DNA of 31,619 bases from Candidatus Methylomirabilia bacterium (GCA_041496385.1 JBGQEL010000044.1:1-31619); one strand, 5' to 3'; shown: positions 17,764-28,287, numbered from the stretch's first letter. Made by a program: numbers and translations. Notes: generated by a model from the sequence alone, not told the origin.

Positions 17764-17791
17764 ATTATAGCGGCCGCGTGCGTGCGGTCAA
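17764..17791 (-). promoter_or_regulatory. Sigma-70 promoter for the liv operon, embedded in the 3' end of thiE
   Basis: TTGACC(17791-17786)-N16-TATAAT(17769-17764). Confidence 0.7.
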
Positions 17792-18412
17792 GTCGTGTGC
17801 CGCTCGGATCGCCGCGAGAAACTGGCGGGTGGCGACGGCCGGATCCGGGGCGCCGCAAACCGCGGAGATGACGGCCACGCCGTCGGCGCCCGCCCGCACC
17901 ACCTCACCGGCGTTGTCCGGTGTGATGCCACCGATTCCCACAAGGGGCCGGGACGTGAGCGGCCGGATTCGACGCAGCAGATCGGGGCCGACCAGCTCGA
18001 AGTCAGGCTTCGTCGCGGTCGCGAACATCGAGCCGACGGCGACATAGTCGGCACCCTCGTCGTGCGCGCGTGTGGCCTGCTCGACACTGTGGGTGGAACG
18101 CCCGAGGATCATCCCGGGCCGCAGGAGCGGGCGCGCCACGCGGGGCGGAAGGTCGTCCTGGCCCAGGTGGACCCCATCGGCTCCGACAGCGAGCGCGAGG
18201 TCGATGCGATCGTTGACCACGAAGCTGACGCCGCCTCGGCGGCACCGCTCGACGAGCCTCTCCGCGAGTGGCAGGAGGCGCCCCGAGGGCCACTCCTTCT
18301 CGCGGAGCTGCACCGTACGGCAGCCGCCCTCGATCACCGCCGCAAGGATCTCGTCGAGATCCCGGCCCCGCGCGGCGGCGCGGTCGAGAATGACGTAGAG
18401 CGTCAGGTCCAT
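17765..18412 (-). CDS. thiE: Thiamine-phosphate synthase
   Basis: QLREK, VNDRIDLA, GVHLGQDD, STH, TATK, GIGGIT, AVISA. Confidence 0.96.
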   Translation of the reverse strand: MDLTLYVILDRAAARGRDLDEILAAVIEGGCRTVQLREKEWPSGRLLPLAERLVERCRRGGVSFVVNDRIDLALAVGADGVHLGQDDLPPRVARPLLRPGMILGRSTHSVEQATRAHDEGADYVAVGSMFATATKPDFELVGPDLLRRIRPLTSRPLVGIGGITPDNAGEVVRAGADGVAVISAVCGAPDPAVATRQFLAAIRAAHDLTARTRPL

Positions 18413-19749
18413 CAGCCCCGGAGCCGGGCCGCGTCGACGCTGGTGAAGCGCCCCTCGACGAACGCCGGGTCGTTCAAGACTCGAAGCAGGAATGGGATCG
18501 ACGTCTTGATGCCCTCGACGATCGTTTCCGCGAGCGCGCGTCGCATCCTGGCGACCGCCTCAGCGCGATCCTGACCGCGTACGATGATCTTCGCGATCAA
18601 CGAGTCGTAGAAGGGTGGCACCGCGTACGGCGCCATCAGATGGCTGTCCACTCTGACGCCGAAGCCGCCAGGGGGGACCCACGCCGTGACCCGACCCGCA
18701 CTCGGCGCGAAGGTCTCCGGGTCCTCGGCATTGATTCGGCACTCGAGGGCGTGCCCGTCGAGGCGCACGGCATCCTGGCGGTAGCCGAGCGACTCGCCGG
18801 CGGCGATGCGGATCTGTTCGCGCACCAGGTCGATTCCCGTGAGCATCTCGGTCACCGCGTGCTCGACCTGGAGCCGCGTGTTCATCTCGATGAAATAGAA
18901 CCGTCCCTCGTCGTCCAGGAGAAACTCGACGGTTCCCGCGCTCACGTAGTTGACGGCCGCGGCGGCTGCGAGCGCCGCGCGATGGAGCCCGCTCCGGGTC
19001 TCCGCCGGGAGCGACGGCGCGGGCGACTCCTCGACGAGCTTCTGATGACGGCGCTGGACCGAGCAGTCGCGCTCGCCGAGGTGAACGCGGATCCCGTTCT
19101 TGTCGCCAAGTACTTGAACTTCGACATGCCGCGACGTTTCCACATACTTCTCACAGTAGATATCGGAAGAGCCGAAGGCTGCGCCGGCCTCCGACTGGCA
19201 TGCGTCGAAGGCCGCGGCGGCCTCCGCCCGCTGCCGCACGATTCGCATGCCGCGCCCGCCCCCGCCGGCCGCCGCCTTGAAGATGACGGGGTAGCCGATA
19301 TGTTCCGCGACCTCGAGCGCCTCGGCCGAATCCTTGAGCGGCAGCTCGCTGCCGGGAACCACCGGTACCCCGGCCTGCTTCGCGAGCTGGCGTGCCTGCG
19401 CCTTGTCACCCATGAGCCGGATGGCCTCGGGCGATGGGCCGATGAACGTGATGGAACAGGCGCGGCACACCTCCGCGAACGCGGCGTTCTCGGCGAGAAA
19501 GCCGTAGCCCGGATGAATGGCCTCACTGTCGGTCACGGCCGCGGCCGAGATGATCGATGGGATATTGAGGTAGCTGAGCCGCGGGGCATCCGGTCCGACG
19601 CAGATGGACTCGTCGGCGAGTCTGACCGGGAGCGAGCCGGCGTCGGCCTTGGAGTGGGCGATGACGGTTCGGATGCCGAGCTCGCGGCAGGTACGGATGA
19701 TCCGTAGCGCGATCTCGCCCCGGTTCGCGATCAGGATCTTATGGAAAAT
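18412..19749 (-). CDS. accC: Acetyl-CoA carboxylase biotin carboxylase subunit (apparent ATT start)
   Basis: Open frame upstream of the track start reads (I)FHKILIANRGEIALRIIRTCRELGI...; IHPGYGFLAEN, GGGGRGMR, QRRHQK, EMNTRLQVEH. Confidence 0.95.
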   Translation of the reverse strand: MFHKILIANRGEIALRIIRTCRELGIRTVIAHSKADAGSLPVRLADESICVGPDAPRLSYLNIPSIISAAAVTDSEAIHPGYGFLAENAAFAEVCRACSITFIGPSPEAIRLMGDKAQARQLAKQAGVPVVPGSELPLKDSAEALEVAEHIGYPVIFKAAAGGGGRGMRIVRQRAEAAAAFDACQSEAGAAFGSSDIYCEKYVETSRHVEVQVLGDKNGIRVHLGERDCSVQRRHQKLVEESPAPSLPAETRSGLHRAALAAAAAVNYVSAGTVEFLLDDEGRFYFIEMNTRLQVEHAVTEMLTGIDLVREQIRIAAGESLGYRQDAVRLDGHALECRINAEDPETFAPSAGRVTAWVPPGGFGVRVDSHLMAPYAVPPFYDSLIAKIIVRGQDRAEAVARMRRALAETIVEGIKTSIPFLLRVLNDPAFVEGRFTSVDAARLRG

Positions 19750-19755
19750 GACCGT

Positions 19756-21036
19756 TCACCCGCCGAGAAGGCGCCGCCACTGGAGCTCGATCTCCGTCAT
19801 CCGGAAGCCGTACACGCGAGGAGCGGCCTCGGTGAGGGTGTCGCCCGACGCGAGCCGGGCCAGCAGCTCGCGCAGCGCTTCGGTCCCACCGCGTTGCAGG
19901 AGGTCGTGCACCACCCACAGCGCGATGTCGTAGCCCGCCCTCGCACGCAGTGGATCGGCGTCGGTCACGAGCGCCTCGACGCCTGCCAGCGTGACGCTTC
20001 CCGGAACTCGCAGCATCGGATCGGCCTGTGCGCCCTCGAGGGACTGGGCGAGACCCTCGTGGAGCCAGCGCGGCGCGCGTCCGCGAGACAGATGGTGAAT
20101 CGCGGCGTGCGCGTACTCGTGCACGATCAGGCGCTCCAGTTGCGCCGCCGGCGGTAACGTCGCAGGGAGCGGCAGGCGGATTTTCCCGTCGAAGAGCCCG
20201 GTCGCCCAGCCGTGGACTCCTGTCACGTCCTGGAACTCGCGCGGCTCGTAGAGGACGACGGTGAGCCGGCCACTCGGGACATAGGCCAGTGCCTGTCCGA
20301 CGCGATCGGCGGCCACCTCGAGCGCCGCGACGACCGCGCGCCGCGCCTCTTCGCCTCGTATACCCCGGTACTTCACGACGAAACGCGGAGTGACGATCCG
20401 CTGAAACCCCGCCTCGGCCTGCCGCTCGCGTTCCATCTTTTCGAGAAGCCGTCGCGCAGCCGCGTGGGTGGGCTCGCGCTCCAGCACGGCCCGGAGATGC
20501 GCGATGGCCTGCTCGGGGCTGTCGTGGTGATCGTAGAGGTGGGCGAGGAGCAACCGTGCCTCGGGGTCAAACTCGGCGCTCGCGGCCCGCTCGAGGGGAC
20601 CGAGCGCCTCGTCCGAGCGCCCCGCGTGTACTGCGGCGAGTCCGAACCCCTTCAGGAGCGAGGGGGCATCCGGTGTCTCTGCGAGCCCCCGGCGGAAGAG
20701 CAGAAGCGCCTCCTCGGGCCGTCCCTCGCGGAGCGCATGCCAGCCCCAGCCCTCGAAGCAGCTCCCGAGGACGACCCGTCCCGCTGCGTCCTCGGGGTCG
20801 GCTGCGGCCGCGCTTGTGAGTCGCTCGCATGCGCGCGGGAACTGTCCCGCCGCGAAGAGCCCGATCGCTTCCTGTATGAACGCCGGAGTCACGCGACCGC
20901 CGACCGGCACGACGCGCGGGATCGATGGGCCAGTCTCGGCGCGTCGGCCCGCGAACCAGCCGAACGCCAGGGCCAGGAGTGCAAGCGCCCCGAACGCGGC
21001 GAGGGACCACGGGCGCGCGGGGTGGGCAGTGTTCAC
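19756..21036 (-). CDS. Membrane-anchored TPR + gluzincin (Peptidase MA-like) metalloprotease
   Basis: N-terminal TM helix, TPR-like repeats, HEYAH followed by PRWLHEGLAQ. Confidence 0.85.
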   Translation of the reverse strand: MNTAHPARPWSLAAFGALALLALAFGWFAGRRAETGPSIPRVVPVGGRVTPAFIQEAIGLFAAGQFPRACERLTSAAAADPEDAAGRVVLGSCFEGWGWHALREGRPEEALLLFRRGLAETPDAPSLLKGFGLAAVHAGRSDEALGPLERAASAEFDPEARLLLAHLYDHHDSPEQAIAHLRAVLEREPTHAAARRLLEKMERERQAEAGFQRIVTPRFVVKYRGIRGEEARRAVVAALEVAADRVGQALAYVPSGRLTVVLYEPREFQDVTGVHGWATGLFDGKIRLPLPATLPPAAQLERLIVHEYAHAAIHHLSRGRAPRWLHEGLAQSLEGAQADPMLRVPGSVTLAGVEALVTDADPLRARAGYDIALWVVHDLLQRGGTEALRELLARLASGDTLTEAAPRVYGFRMTEIELQWRRLLGG

Positions 21037-21047
21037 GTTCGGAGGAC

Positions 21048-21527
21048 TCAGCGCGTTGGCTCGATCAGGAAGAGGCCCTGGCCGTATTCCACGGCGTGCG
21101 CGTTCTCGACCAAAACCTTCGCGACACGGCCGCCGACCTTCGACTCGATCTCGTTCATGAGCTTCATCGCTTCGATGATGCAGAGGATCTGTCCCTCTTT
21201 CACGACGTCACCTTCGCGCACGTAGGGCTCGGCGTTCGGCGACGGAGACCGGTAGAAGGTGCCGACCATCGGTGCCTCTACCGTAACCATGGAGGACGGG
21301 CTCACGTCGCTGACGGCCGGCAGCGCGGCGCGCTCGCCCGGTACGGAGGGCGCCGGCGCGGCCGCCGCGGGCACCGCGGCCACGGGTCGCTGGACGCGGA
21401 CGCGGATGTCACCGCAGGCGACCTCGATCTCGCCGAGCCCGAGTTCCCCGAGCGCCGCGCCGAGTTGACGCACCAGCGCGACGACCGCTTGCTCGCTCGT
21501 GCCGGGACGCGGGCGCCCGCGAGCCAT
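21048..21527 (-). CDS. accB: Biotin carboxyl carrier protein
   Basis: [20 protein letters not shown], Pro/Ala linker. Confidence 0.96.
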   Translation of the reverse strand: MARGRPRPGTSEQAVVALVRQLGAALGELGLGEIEVACGDIRVRVQRPVAAVPAAAAPAPSVPGERAALPAVSDVSPSSMVTVEAPMVGTFYRSPSPNAEPYVREGDVVKEGQILCIIEAMKLMNEIESKVGGRVAKVLVENAHAVEYGQGLFLIEPTR

Positions 21528-22106
21528 CTACGCGCCCGCCGTGGCGACGCGGCCGAGGTAGTCACCCGTGCGGGTGTCGACCTTCACGATGTCACCCTCG
21601 TTGAGGAAGAGCGGGACCTGAACGACCGCACCCGTCTCGAGCGTCGCCGGCTTGGTGCCGCCCTGCGCCGTGTCACCACGTACGCCTGGATCGGTCTTCG
21701 CGATCGCGAGCTCGACGAAGTTTGGTAGCTCGACCGCCGTCGGGCGGCCCTCGATGTAGAGGACGTCCACCTCTGTGTTTTCCTTGAGGTAGTCGCGCGC
21801 GTCGCCGACCTCTTCGGGGGAGAGGGACACCTGATCGTAGGATTCCGTGTCCATGAAGTGGTAGCGATCGTCTCGATAGAGAAACTGCATGTGCTTCTCC
21901 TCGAAATCGACGAGCGCCACCTTCTCACCCGAGCGAAACGTGTTGTCGATCACCTTTCCGAGTCGCATGTGCTTGAGCTTGGTGCGGACGAACGCACCGC
22001 CCTTGCCCGGCTTGACATGCTGGAAATCGACGATCGCGTACGGCTCCCCGTCGAAGACGATCCTGAGCCCCTTCTTGAAGTCCGCCGTCGAAACTTGCAT
22101 CGCCAT
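21528..22106 (-). CDS. efp: Elongation factor P
   Basis: HVKPGKGGAFVR (Lys-type tip), PGVRGDT, KPATLETG, VPLF. Confidence 0.97.
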   Translation of the reverse strand: MAMQVSTADFKKGLRIVFDGEPYAIVDFQHVKPGKGGAFVRTKLKHMRLGKVIDNTFRSGEKVALVDFEEKHMQFLYRDDRYHFMDTESYDQVSLSPEEVGDARDYLKENTEVDVLYIEGRPTAVELPNFVELAIAKTDPGVRGDTAQGGTKPATLETGAVVQVPLFLNEGDIVKVDTRTGDYLGRVATAGA

Positions 22107-22736
22107 CTAGCCTTTCCGTCGCTGGCGTGCGCGGAGCGTGGTCTCCAGTCGCTCGCGTGCCTCGCCATTGGCGGGATCCTTTCTTAGGATCCGCGTGAAG
22201 GTCTGCGCGGCCTCTTCGAGCATACCCTGGTCGAGGCACAGTGTGCCGAAGGCGACCGTCGCGAAGGCGTCGTCCGCGAGAACACGGCCGAGCCCGCTCT
22301 CGGCGTCGCCCGGAGGCGTCGTTGCCCGAAGCAGCCCGAGCAGGGAGCGCGAGTCGCGGTCCCCGGGGTCGAGCTTCACGGCGGTTTCGAGGTGAAGGAC
22401 GGCCTGATCGATCCGCCCCGCCCGGCGCTGGAGTTCTGCCGCGAGGCGATGAGCCTGGACATCCTTCGGCGCCACCTCGAGAATGGCGCGGGTCTCCGCG
22501 AGGGCCTGGTCGAGCTCGCCCTCGGAGGCCAGCGCCTTCGCGAGGATCAGCCGCGCGGTCGTGTAGTGCGGGTAGCGGACGAGCCCCGTGCGGCAGAGGG
22601 TCACCGCGTCACGCGTCCGCCCGGCCTTGCGGTAGAGATCGGCGAGCTGGGCGAAGGCCAGCGACCCCGGATCACGGTGGAGCCGCTCCTCCTGCCGCCG
22701 GATGGCATCGGCGAGCGCGGGATCGTCCAAGGGCAT
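22107..22736 (-). CDS. Tetratricopeptide repeat protein
   Basis: DPGSLAFAQLADLYRKAG, several TPRs, C-terminal T--FGTLCLDQG---EA repeat; ATG 22736 chosen because 22746-22775 looks like a promoter. Confidence 0.85.
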   Translation of the reverse strand: MPLDDPALADAIRRQEERLHRDPGSLAFAQLADLYRKAGRTRDAVTLCRTGLVRYPHYTTARLILAKALASEGELDQALAETRAILEVAPKDVQAHRLAAELQRRAGRIDQAVLHLETAVKLDPGDRDSRSLLGLLRATTPPGDAESGLGRVLADDAFATVAFGTLCLDQGMLEEAAQTFTRILRKDPANGEARERLETTLRARQRRKG

Positions 22737-22745
22737 CGCGAATCG

Positions 22746-22775
22746 GTTATACGGAGCGGGGCTTGGGGTTGTCAA
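22746..22775 (-). promoter_or_regulatory. Sigma-70 promoter for TPR-efp-accB...
   Basis: TTGACA(22775-22770)-N18-TATAAC(22751-22746). Confidence 0.65.
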
Positions 22776-22781
22776 CACGAC

Positions 22782-23864
22782 TCACGCCTCGAGCCCCCGA
22801 AGAACCGTACGAATCTCCTCGCGGGGAACGTCATAGACGAGGCGGAACGTGCCGATCCTGGGCGCCATGACGAAGGGCACACGGCCGTCCCGCGCCTTCT
22901 TGTCGCGACCGATTGCGTCGAGCACGGCGTCCGTGTCGATCGACGTTGCGCTCACGGGGAGACCCACGGCGGCGAGGAGCCGCTCCTGGCGCGCAACCGT
23001 CTCGTCCGACGCGAGGCCGAGCCGGCGGGCGAGGCGCGCCTCGGCCACGATGCCGAGCGATACCGCCTCGCCGTGGGTGAAGCGCGCGTATCCAGTCGCC
23101 GCCTCGAGCGCATGACCGATGGTGTGGCCATAATTCAACACGTGGCGGAGCTCGTTCTCGCGCTCGTCGCGCTCGACGACAGAGGCCTTGAGGCGGCACG
23201 AACCGCCGACGATTCGCTCCAGGGCCGTGAGATCTCGGGCGAGTAGGGCGTCGACGCTCGATTCCACCTCGGCGAAGTAGCCCGCGTCGAGCACGATTCC
23301 GTGCTTGACGATCTCCGCGAGCCCCGAGCGGAACTCGCGCTCGGACAGGGTGCGCGCGACTCCCGGATCCACCAGGACGAGCCGTGGCTGGTAGAAGGCG
23401 CCGATGAGACTCTTCGCCCTCGGATGATCGATCGCCGTCTTGCCTCCGATGGACGCGTCCACCTGGGCGAGGATGGTCGTCGGCACTTGCATGAAGTTGA
23501 CGCCGCGCATGTAGGTCGCCGCGACGAATCCGGCCACGTCGCCGACGGCTCCGCCCCCGAGTGCGAGCACCGTCGACGTCCGGTCGAGGCCTTCCGAAAG
23601 TAGCGCGTCCCAGCACCGCTCGGCGGTCGCGAGGGTCTTGGCCGCCTCACCTTCGGGCACTTCGACCACCGTGACCCCGAAGCCCGCGGCCTCGAGGCTC
23701 GCGAGGACGGTCTTACCGTAGAGGGAGAGGATGGCCGCGTCGCTCACGAGCGCGGCTCGCGAGCCCACGCCGAGGCCAGCTAGTCGCGCCCCGGCGGTGG
23801 CCAGGGCGCCGGGCTCGACGACGATGTCATACGACCGGTTGCCGAGGTGGACGGGAATGATCAT
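22782..23864 (-). CDS. aroB: 3-dehydroquinate synthase
   Basis: GGGAVGD, PTTILAQVDASIGGKT, LNYGHTIGHALE, HGEAV; ATG 23864 or TTG 23867. Confidence 0.97.
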   Translation of the reverse strand: MIIPVHLGNRSYDIVVEPGALATAGARLAGLGVGSRAALVSDAAILSLYGKTVLASLEAAGFGVTVVEVPEGEAAKTLATAERCWDALLSEGLDRTSTVLALGGGAVGDVAGFVAATYMRGVNFMQVPTTILAQVDASIGGKTAIDHPRAKSLIGAFYQPRLVLVDPGVARTLSEREFRSGLAEIVKHGIVLDAGYFAEVESSVDALLARDLTALERIVGGSCRLKASVVERDERENELRHVLNYGHTIGHALEAATGYARFTHGEAVSLGIVAEARLARRLGLASDETVARQERLLAAVGLPVSATSIDTDAVLDAIGRDKKARDGRVPFVMAPRIGTFRLVYDVPREEIRTVLRGLEA

Positions 23865-23885
23865 CAAGGCCTCAGGAGACCGAGG

Positions 23886-25061
23886 CTACCAGCTTTTCAG
23901 GCTGTTCAGATAGGCGTCGAAGTTGCGACGGATCTCCTGCAGGCTGTCACCGCCGAACTTCTCGAGAAAGGCGTCCGCGAGGACGATGGCCATCATCGCC
24001 TCACCCACGATGCCGGCCGCAGGGACCGCGCAGACATCGCTGCGCTCCACGACGGCCTCGACGGTCTCCTTGGTGGCGAGGTCCACCGATTTGAGGGGTG
24101 TACGCAGCGTCGACAGCGGCTTCATCGCGGCGCGGACGACGACCGGCTGGCCATTGGTCACGCCGCCCTCGAGTCCGCCGGCGTTGTTCGTCCTGCGCTT
24201 GAATCCGCCCTCGGCGTCGAAGAGGATTTCGTCGTGGACGGCCGAGCCGGGCCGTCGCGCGGTCTCGAAGCCGAGACCAAGCTCGCAGCCCTTGATCGCT
24301 TGGATCGAGCAGAACGCCTGGGCGAGTCGGCCATCGAGCCGACGGTCCCACTGGACGTACGAACCCAGTCCCACCGGACAGCCGAGGGCGACGACCTCGA
24401 AGACACCGCCCAGCGTGTCTCCCTTCGCCTTCGCCTCGTCGATCGCGGCGACCATTGCCACCTCTGCCACCCGATCGGCGCAGCGGACCTCCGACGCTTC
24501 CGCACGCTGCCGGAGCTCCTCCCAGGCGATGTCCAGATCGACGGAGACTCGGACACCGCCGATCTCCATCACGTGGGAGAGGATCGTGATGCCGAACTCG
24601 GCGAGCAGCCTGCGGGCGATACCGGCCACGGCGACGCGTGCGGTGGTCTCGCGGGCGCTCGAGCGCTCGAGGACGTTGCGGATGTCGCGGTGACCGTACT
24701 TCATTGCGCCGGCGAGGTCCGCGTGGCCGGGCCGCGGGCGGGTGATCTGCTTCTGAGCGGTGCCTGGCTCAGGGGCACCGATCGCCATGGTGCCCTTCCA
24801 GTTCTCCCAGTCGCGGTTGGCGATCTGTAGCGTGATGGGGCTCCCGAGCGTGACTCCCCAGCGGACGCCCGACAGGATGCGGACTTGGTCGCGCTCAATC
24901 TTCATCCGCCCGCCGCGGCCGTAGCCGCGCTGGCGGCGCGCCAGATCCTCGTTGATGTCGCTCTCGCCCAAGGGCACGCCCGCCGGAACGCCGTCGATCA
25001 CGGCGACCAGGGCCTCACCGTGGGACTCGCCCGCGGTGAGGAAGCGGAACACGCCGGACAT
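23886..25061 (-). CDS. aroC: Chorismate synthase
   Basis: [45 protein letters not shown]. Confidence 0.97.
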   Translation of the reverse strand: MSGVFRFLTAGESHGEALVAVIDGVPAGVPLGESDINEDLARRQRGYGRGGRMKIERDQVRILSGVRWGVTLGSPITLQIANRDWENWKGTMAIGAPEPGTAQKQITRPRPGHADLAGAMKYGHRDIRNVLERSSARETTARVAVAGIARRLLAEFGITILSHVMEIGGVRVSVDLDIAWEELRQRAEASEVRCADRVAEVAMVAAIDEAKAKGDTLGGVFEVVALGCPVGLGSYVQWDRRLDGRLAQAFCSIQAIKGCELGLGFETARRPGSAVHDEILFDAEGGFKRRTNNAGGLEGGVTNGQPVVVRAAMKPLSTLRTPLKSVDLATKETVEAVVERSDVCAVPAAGIVGEAMMAIVLADAFLEKFGGDSLQEIRRNFDAYLNSLKSW

Positions 25062-27205
25062 TATTTCTGCGACACCTGGGCTCCGTCTGCCTTCAGGACG
25101 AACGGCGTAATGAAGACCACCATTTCCCGATTCGGGTCGGTCTGCTTCGTCGTGGCCTTGAACAGGTAGCCGATGACCGGAATGTCTCCGAAGAACGGAA
25201 CCTTGCGAACGTTCTCATCGGTCTGGCGCTGCCTGATGCCGCCGATCACCAGCGTCTCGCGCTCTTTGACGACCACCTGGGTGTTGGCGGTCCGCTTGTT
25301 GATGCTCGGGACGAAACCGCCGCCCGCGACGGGGACGTTCGCGCCCACGGAGTTGTTCTCGACGTTCACCACGAGCTTGACCTTGACGGTCTCGCCCTCT
25401 CGCACCACCGTCGGCGTCACGTCGAGCTTGAGCAGCGCCTCCTTGAACTGGATCTGGGTGCCGGCCGAGCTCACCGTCGCGTACGGGATCTCGCTGCCCA
25501 GCGAGATCGTCGCCTTCATATTCTCCGTCGTGACGATCTCGGGCTTGGCCAGCGAGGTCGTCTTGCTCATGTTCTCTAGCGCGTCGAGAACCACGTTGAT
25601 GTTCATCTTCCTCGACACGATCCCAAAGGCGATGCTGGCGGGACTCACCCCCGTCAGGGTCGCGCCCGGGAAGTCGACGATGTTGCCGCCGAGCGGCAGA
25701 CCGTTCGAGGAGCTGACGGGCAGGAAGCTATCGAGCGTCAGGGCGGGGTTATTGGGGGGCGTATTGAAGAACACCGGAGGGATGCCGCCGGTCGGCGACG
25801 TCCGCCCCGCAAAACCCTGGCCGACCAGGACATCACCACCGGTGGTGACCCGGCGCACGGCCGCCCCGCCCCAGGAAATGCCGAGGGCGAAGAAGTCGGT
25901 CCGGTTGATTTCGTTCATCCTCGCCTCGATCTTCACTTGCGGCAGCGGCACGTCGAGCTTCTCGCGGATCAGCTTCTTGATCCGCTCGAGGTCTGCCTCG
26001 TAGTGGCGGATGAAGATCGAGTTCGTCGGCGCGTGCGCCTGGATCGTGATGCCCTTCGCGAGCACGTCGGCGGTGGGCATCGGCGGCGGCGCGCCAGGTC
26101 CGGCCGCGGGCGCGGTGCCGTACAGCGCGGAGAACGGCGGAGCGGCGATCGGCGGCATTCCACCCGGAGCGCCGGGCGCCGGCCCGGCGCCGCCCGTGAT
26201 GCCCAGAATCCCCTGGAGGGTCTTCACGAGCTCCACGGGATCCGCGTAGCTGAGGCGAATCGTCTCTTCCTTGAGCGGGCCGCGCGCCTGCGCCTCGCGA
26301 AGCGCGAACTCGGCCGCGCGCTGGCGTTCGTTCGCCTCCTGCTCCTTGATCTTCGCCTCGGCCGCTTTGGTGCGGATGTCGTTCTCTGCCTTCAACCTCG
26401 ACTCCTCGACACGCAGCTGTGACTCGCGCTCCTTGATGAGCTGATCGGTCGAGACGATCCGGACCACGCCGTCCTTCTCGATCTTCTGCAGGCCCCGCGT
26501 GTCGAGGACTGTCTGGAACGCGAGATCCCAGGGCACGTTGCGGAGCGTGATCGACATCTTGCCCTTGACGTCATCGCCGATGACGATGTTCTTGGTGCTC
26601 TCGGCGGCCAGAATGCGAAGGAGGTTGACGACGTCAGCATCCTTGAAGTCGAACGAGATCAGCCGCGAGCCGCCCGACGGTGCCTGCTGCGCCGCGGGCT
26701 GCGCGGCCTGGGCCATGCGGACCGGGAGCTGGCGACCGGTCGGCGTCGCCGGCTCGTTGGCGGGCTCCTTCGGGGCGGTCGTGTCGCTGGTCCCTACCGT
26801 TGCGGTCGGAATGACGATCGCCAGGCCGTCTTCTTCCTCCCGGATCGCGTAGCCGATATTGCGTGTCAGTTCGAACACCACCCGCGCGACCCCCTGCTTG
26901 TACTGGCCGCCGCGAATCTGCTTGACGGGGTCGGCGCCCACGGCCAGCGGAGTTTTGCGCCAGGCGTAAACGGTGTCCTCGAGGTCGATGACGAGCCGCT
27001 TCGGCGCATCAATCAACTCCGCGGTGTACTTTGGCTCCCGTGACGTCTTGACGTATACGGTGACCGAGTCCTGTTGAGTAGACACGGTCACGTCGCTCAA
27101 GACCGTGGGCGTCGTCTGCGCCTGGACCTGCACCTGCGGCATCAGCAGCACGACCGCCACGCTCACCGCGAGCATCACGATGGGGATCCGCCATTCAATT
27201 TTCAT
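25061..27205 (-). CDS. pilQ: Type IV pilus secretin
   Basis: Signal peptide, AMIN-like domain, [11 protein letters not shown]0 domain, [41 protein letters not shown]. Confidence 0.95.
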   Translation of the reverse strand: MKIEWRIPIVMLAVSVAVVLLMPQVQVQAQTTPTVLSDVTVSTQQDSVTVYVKTSREPKYTAELIDAPKRLVIDLEDTVYAWRKTPLAVGADPVKQIRGGQYKQGVARVVFELTRNIGYAIREEEDGLAIVIPTATVGTSDTTAPKEPANEPATPTGRQLPVRMAQAAQPAAQQAPSGGSRLISFDFKDADVVNLLRILAAESTKNIVIGDDVKGKMSITLRNVPWDLAFQTVLDTRGLQKIEKDGVVRIVSTDQLIKERESQLRVEESRLKAENDIRTKAAEAKIKEQEANERQRAAEFALREAQARGPLKEETIRLSYADPVELVKTLQGILGITGGAGPAPGAPGGMPPIAAPPFSALYGTAPAAGPGAPPPMPTADVLAKGITIQAHAPTNSIFIRHYEADLERIKKLIREKLDVPLPQVKIEARMNEINRTDFFALGISWGGAAVRRVTTGGDVLVGQGFAGRTSPTGGIPPVFFNTPPNNPALTLDSFLPVSSSNGLPLGGNIVDFPGATLTGVSPASIAFGIVSRKMNINVVLDALENMSKTTSLAKPEIVTTENMKATISLGSEIPYATVSSAGTQIQFKEALLKLDVTPTVVREGETVKVKLVVNVENNSVGANVPVAGGGFVPSINKRTANTQVVVKERETLVIGGIRQRQTDENVRKVPFFGDIPVIGYLFKATTKQTDPNREMVVFITPFVLKADGAQVSQK

Positions 27206-27693
27206 TAATTTGTCGCCAGTTTGAGAACCACGCGGTTTGTGGGTACGCCCGGCTTCGGCGTCACCTGGAACACCACGCTGTCGGAGCCGATCTCCAGCAG
27301 GCGGCCATCCCCGAGCGTGTCCCCGGGTTTGAGGATGTATCCGATCCCTTCGGGTGTCTCGACCAGAGCGAGGGTTGCGTTGGAGCTGCGCACGATGCCC
27401 GTCAAGCGCGCTGCGGCCACCGTGGAGCCCGCCGCGCCCTCCTTGATCTCGAGCGTCTCGAACGGATCACGACGCCCCTTGGCCTCGTACTTCGGGATTT
27501 CGGGGGCCGTCGCCTCGAGCGCGGCGACGGACGGCTTCGTCGCTGCCGTCGCGGGCGCGCCGGGAGCTGCTGGGCCGGGCGTGGCCATCGGTGATTTGGG
27601 CGCCGCCGGAGGAACCGGCTGCGGCGAGCCGCCACACGCGGCGAGAATACTCGCCAGGCCGACCGGAATGAGGAGTGCTCGTCGGGCCGTCAC
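27205..27693 (-). CDS. pilP: Type IV pilus assembly lipoprotein
   Basis: Lipobox LAA-C, Pro/Ala linker, YEAKGRRDPF, ALVETPEG. Confidence 0.9.
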   Translation of the reverse strand: MTARRALLIPVGLASILAACGGSPQPVPPAAPKSPMATPGPAAPGAPATAATKPSVAALEATAPEIPKYEAKGRRDPFETLEIKEGAAGSTVAAARLTGIVRSSNATLALVETPEGIGYILKPGDTLGDGRLLEIGSDSVVFQVTPKPGVPTNRVVLKLATN

Positions 27694-28286
27694 TTTGGCG
27701 CTCCCGGCTTCGGGGACCCTACCGGCCGGTACTGATAGGTCGCGAGCGTGAGCTCGGCACGCACCGCGCGCCCCGGGCGGTTCGTGGCCGCGAACTTGAG
27801 ATCCTTCACCGTCACGACGCGCGGGAGCCGAGCCACACGCTCGAAGAACTCACCCAACTGGTGATACGAACCCTCGGCATTGATCGTGATCGGGATCTCC
27901 GCGTAGTAATCCTTGATCTGCGCCTCACGCGGCTGGAAGAGCGCGACGCCGAGCCCTGCCTGGGTGCCCGCGTCCGAAATCGCGCGATAGAGCGTGGGCA
28001 TTTCTCGCTCGCCCGGCAGTCGCTCCTTCAGGGCGGCGATCTTCACCTCGAGCTCCTGTGCCTCGCGCCGGAAGCGCGCGATGTCGGCAACCATCGCTCG
28101 GCTCTTCGCGACCTCATCGCCGAGCGAGGCGTTCTGTGCGCGGAGCTGGGAAACCTTTGTATCGAGCGGCGAGAGCAGCAGGAAATAGGCCGCCGCGCCG
28201 ATGATCGCGAGTCCGAAGACACCCAGGAGAATCTTCTGGGGCTTGGGAGCGTTGACGATCGGATCGAAGATTGCCGGGAGCGCCAT
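27690..28286 (-). CDS. pilO: Type IV pilus assembly protein
   Basis: TM plus coiled coil, LPGEREMP, YYAEIPI, GSYHQLGEFF, LPRVV. Confidence 0.93.
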   Translation of the reverse strand: MALPAIFDPIVNAPKPQKILLGVFGLAIIGAAAYFLLLSPLDTKVSQLRAQNASLGDEVAKSRAMVADIARFRREAQELEVKIAALKERLPGEREMPTLYRAISDAGTQAGLGVALFQPREAQIKDYYAEIPITINAEGSYHQLGEFFERVARLPRVVTVKDLKFAATNRPGRAVRAELTLATYQYRPVGSPKPGAPK

Positions 28287-28287
28287 G

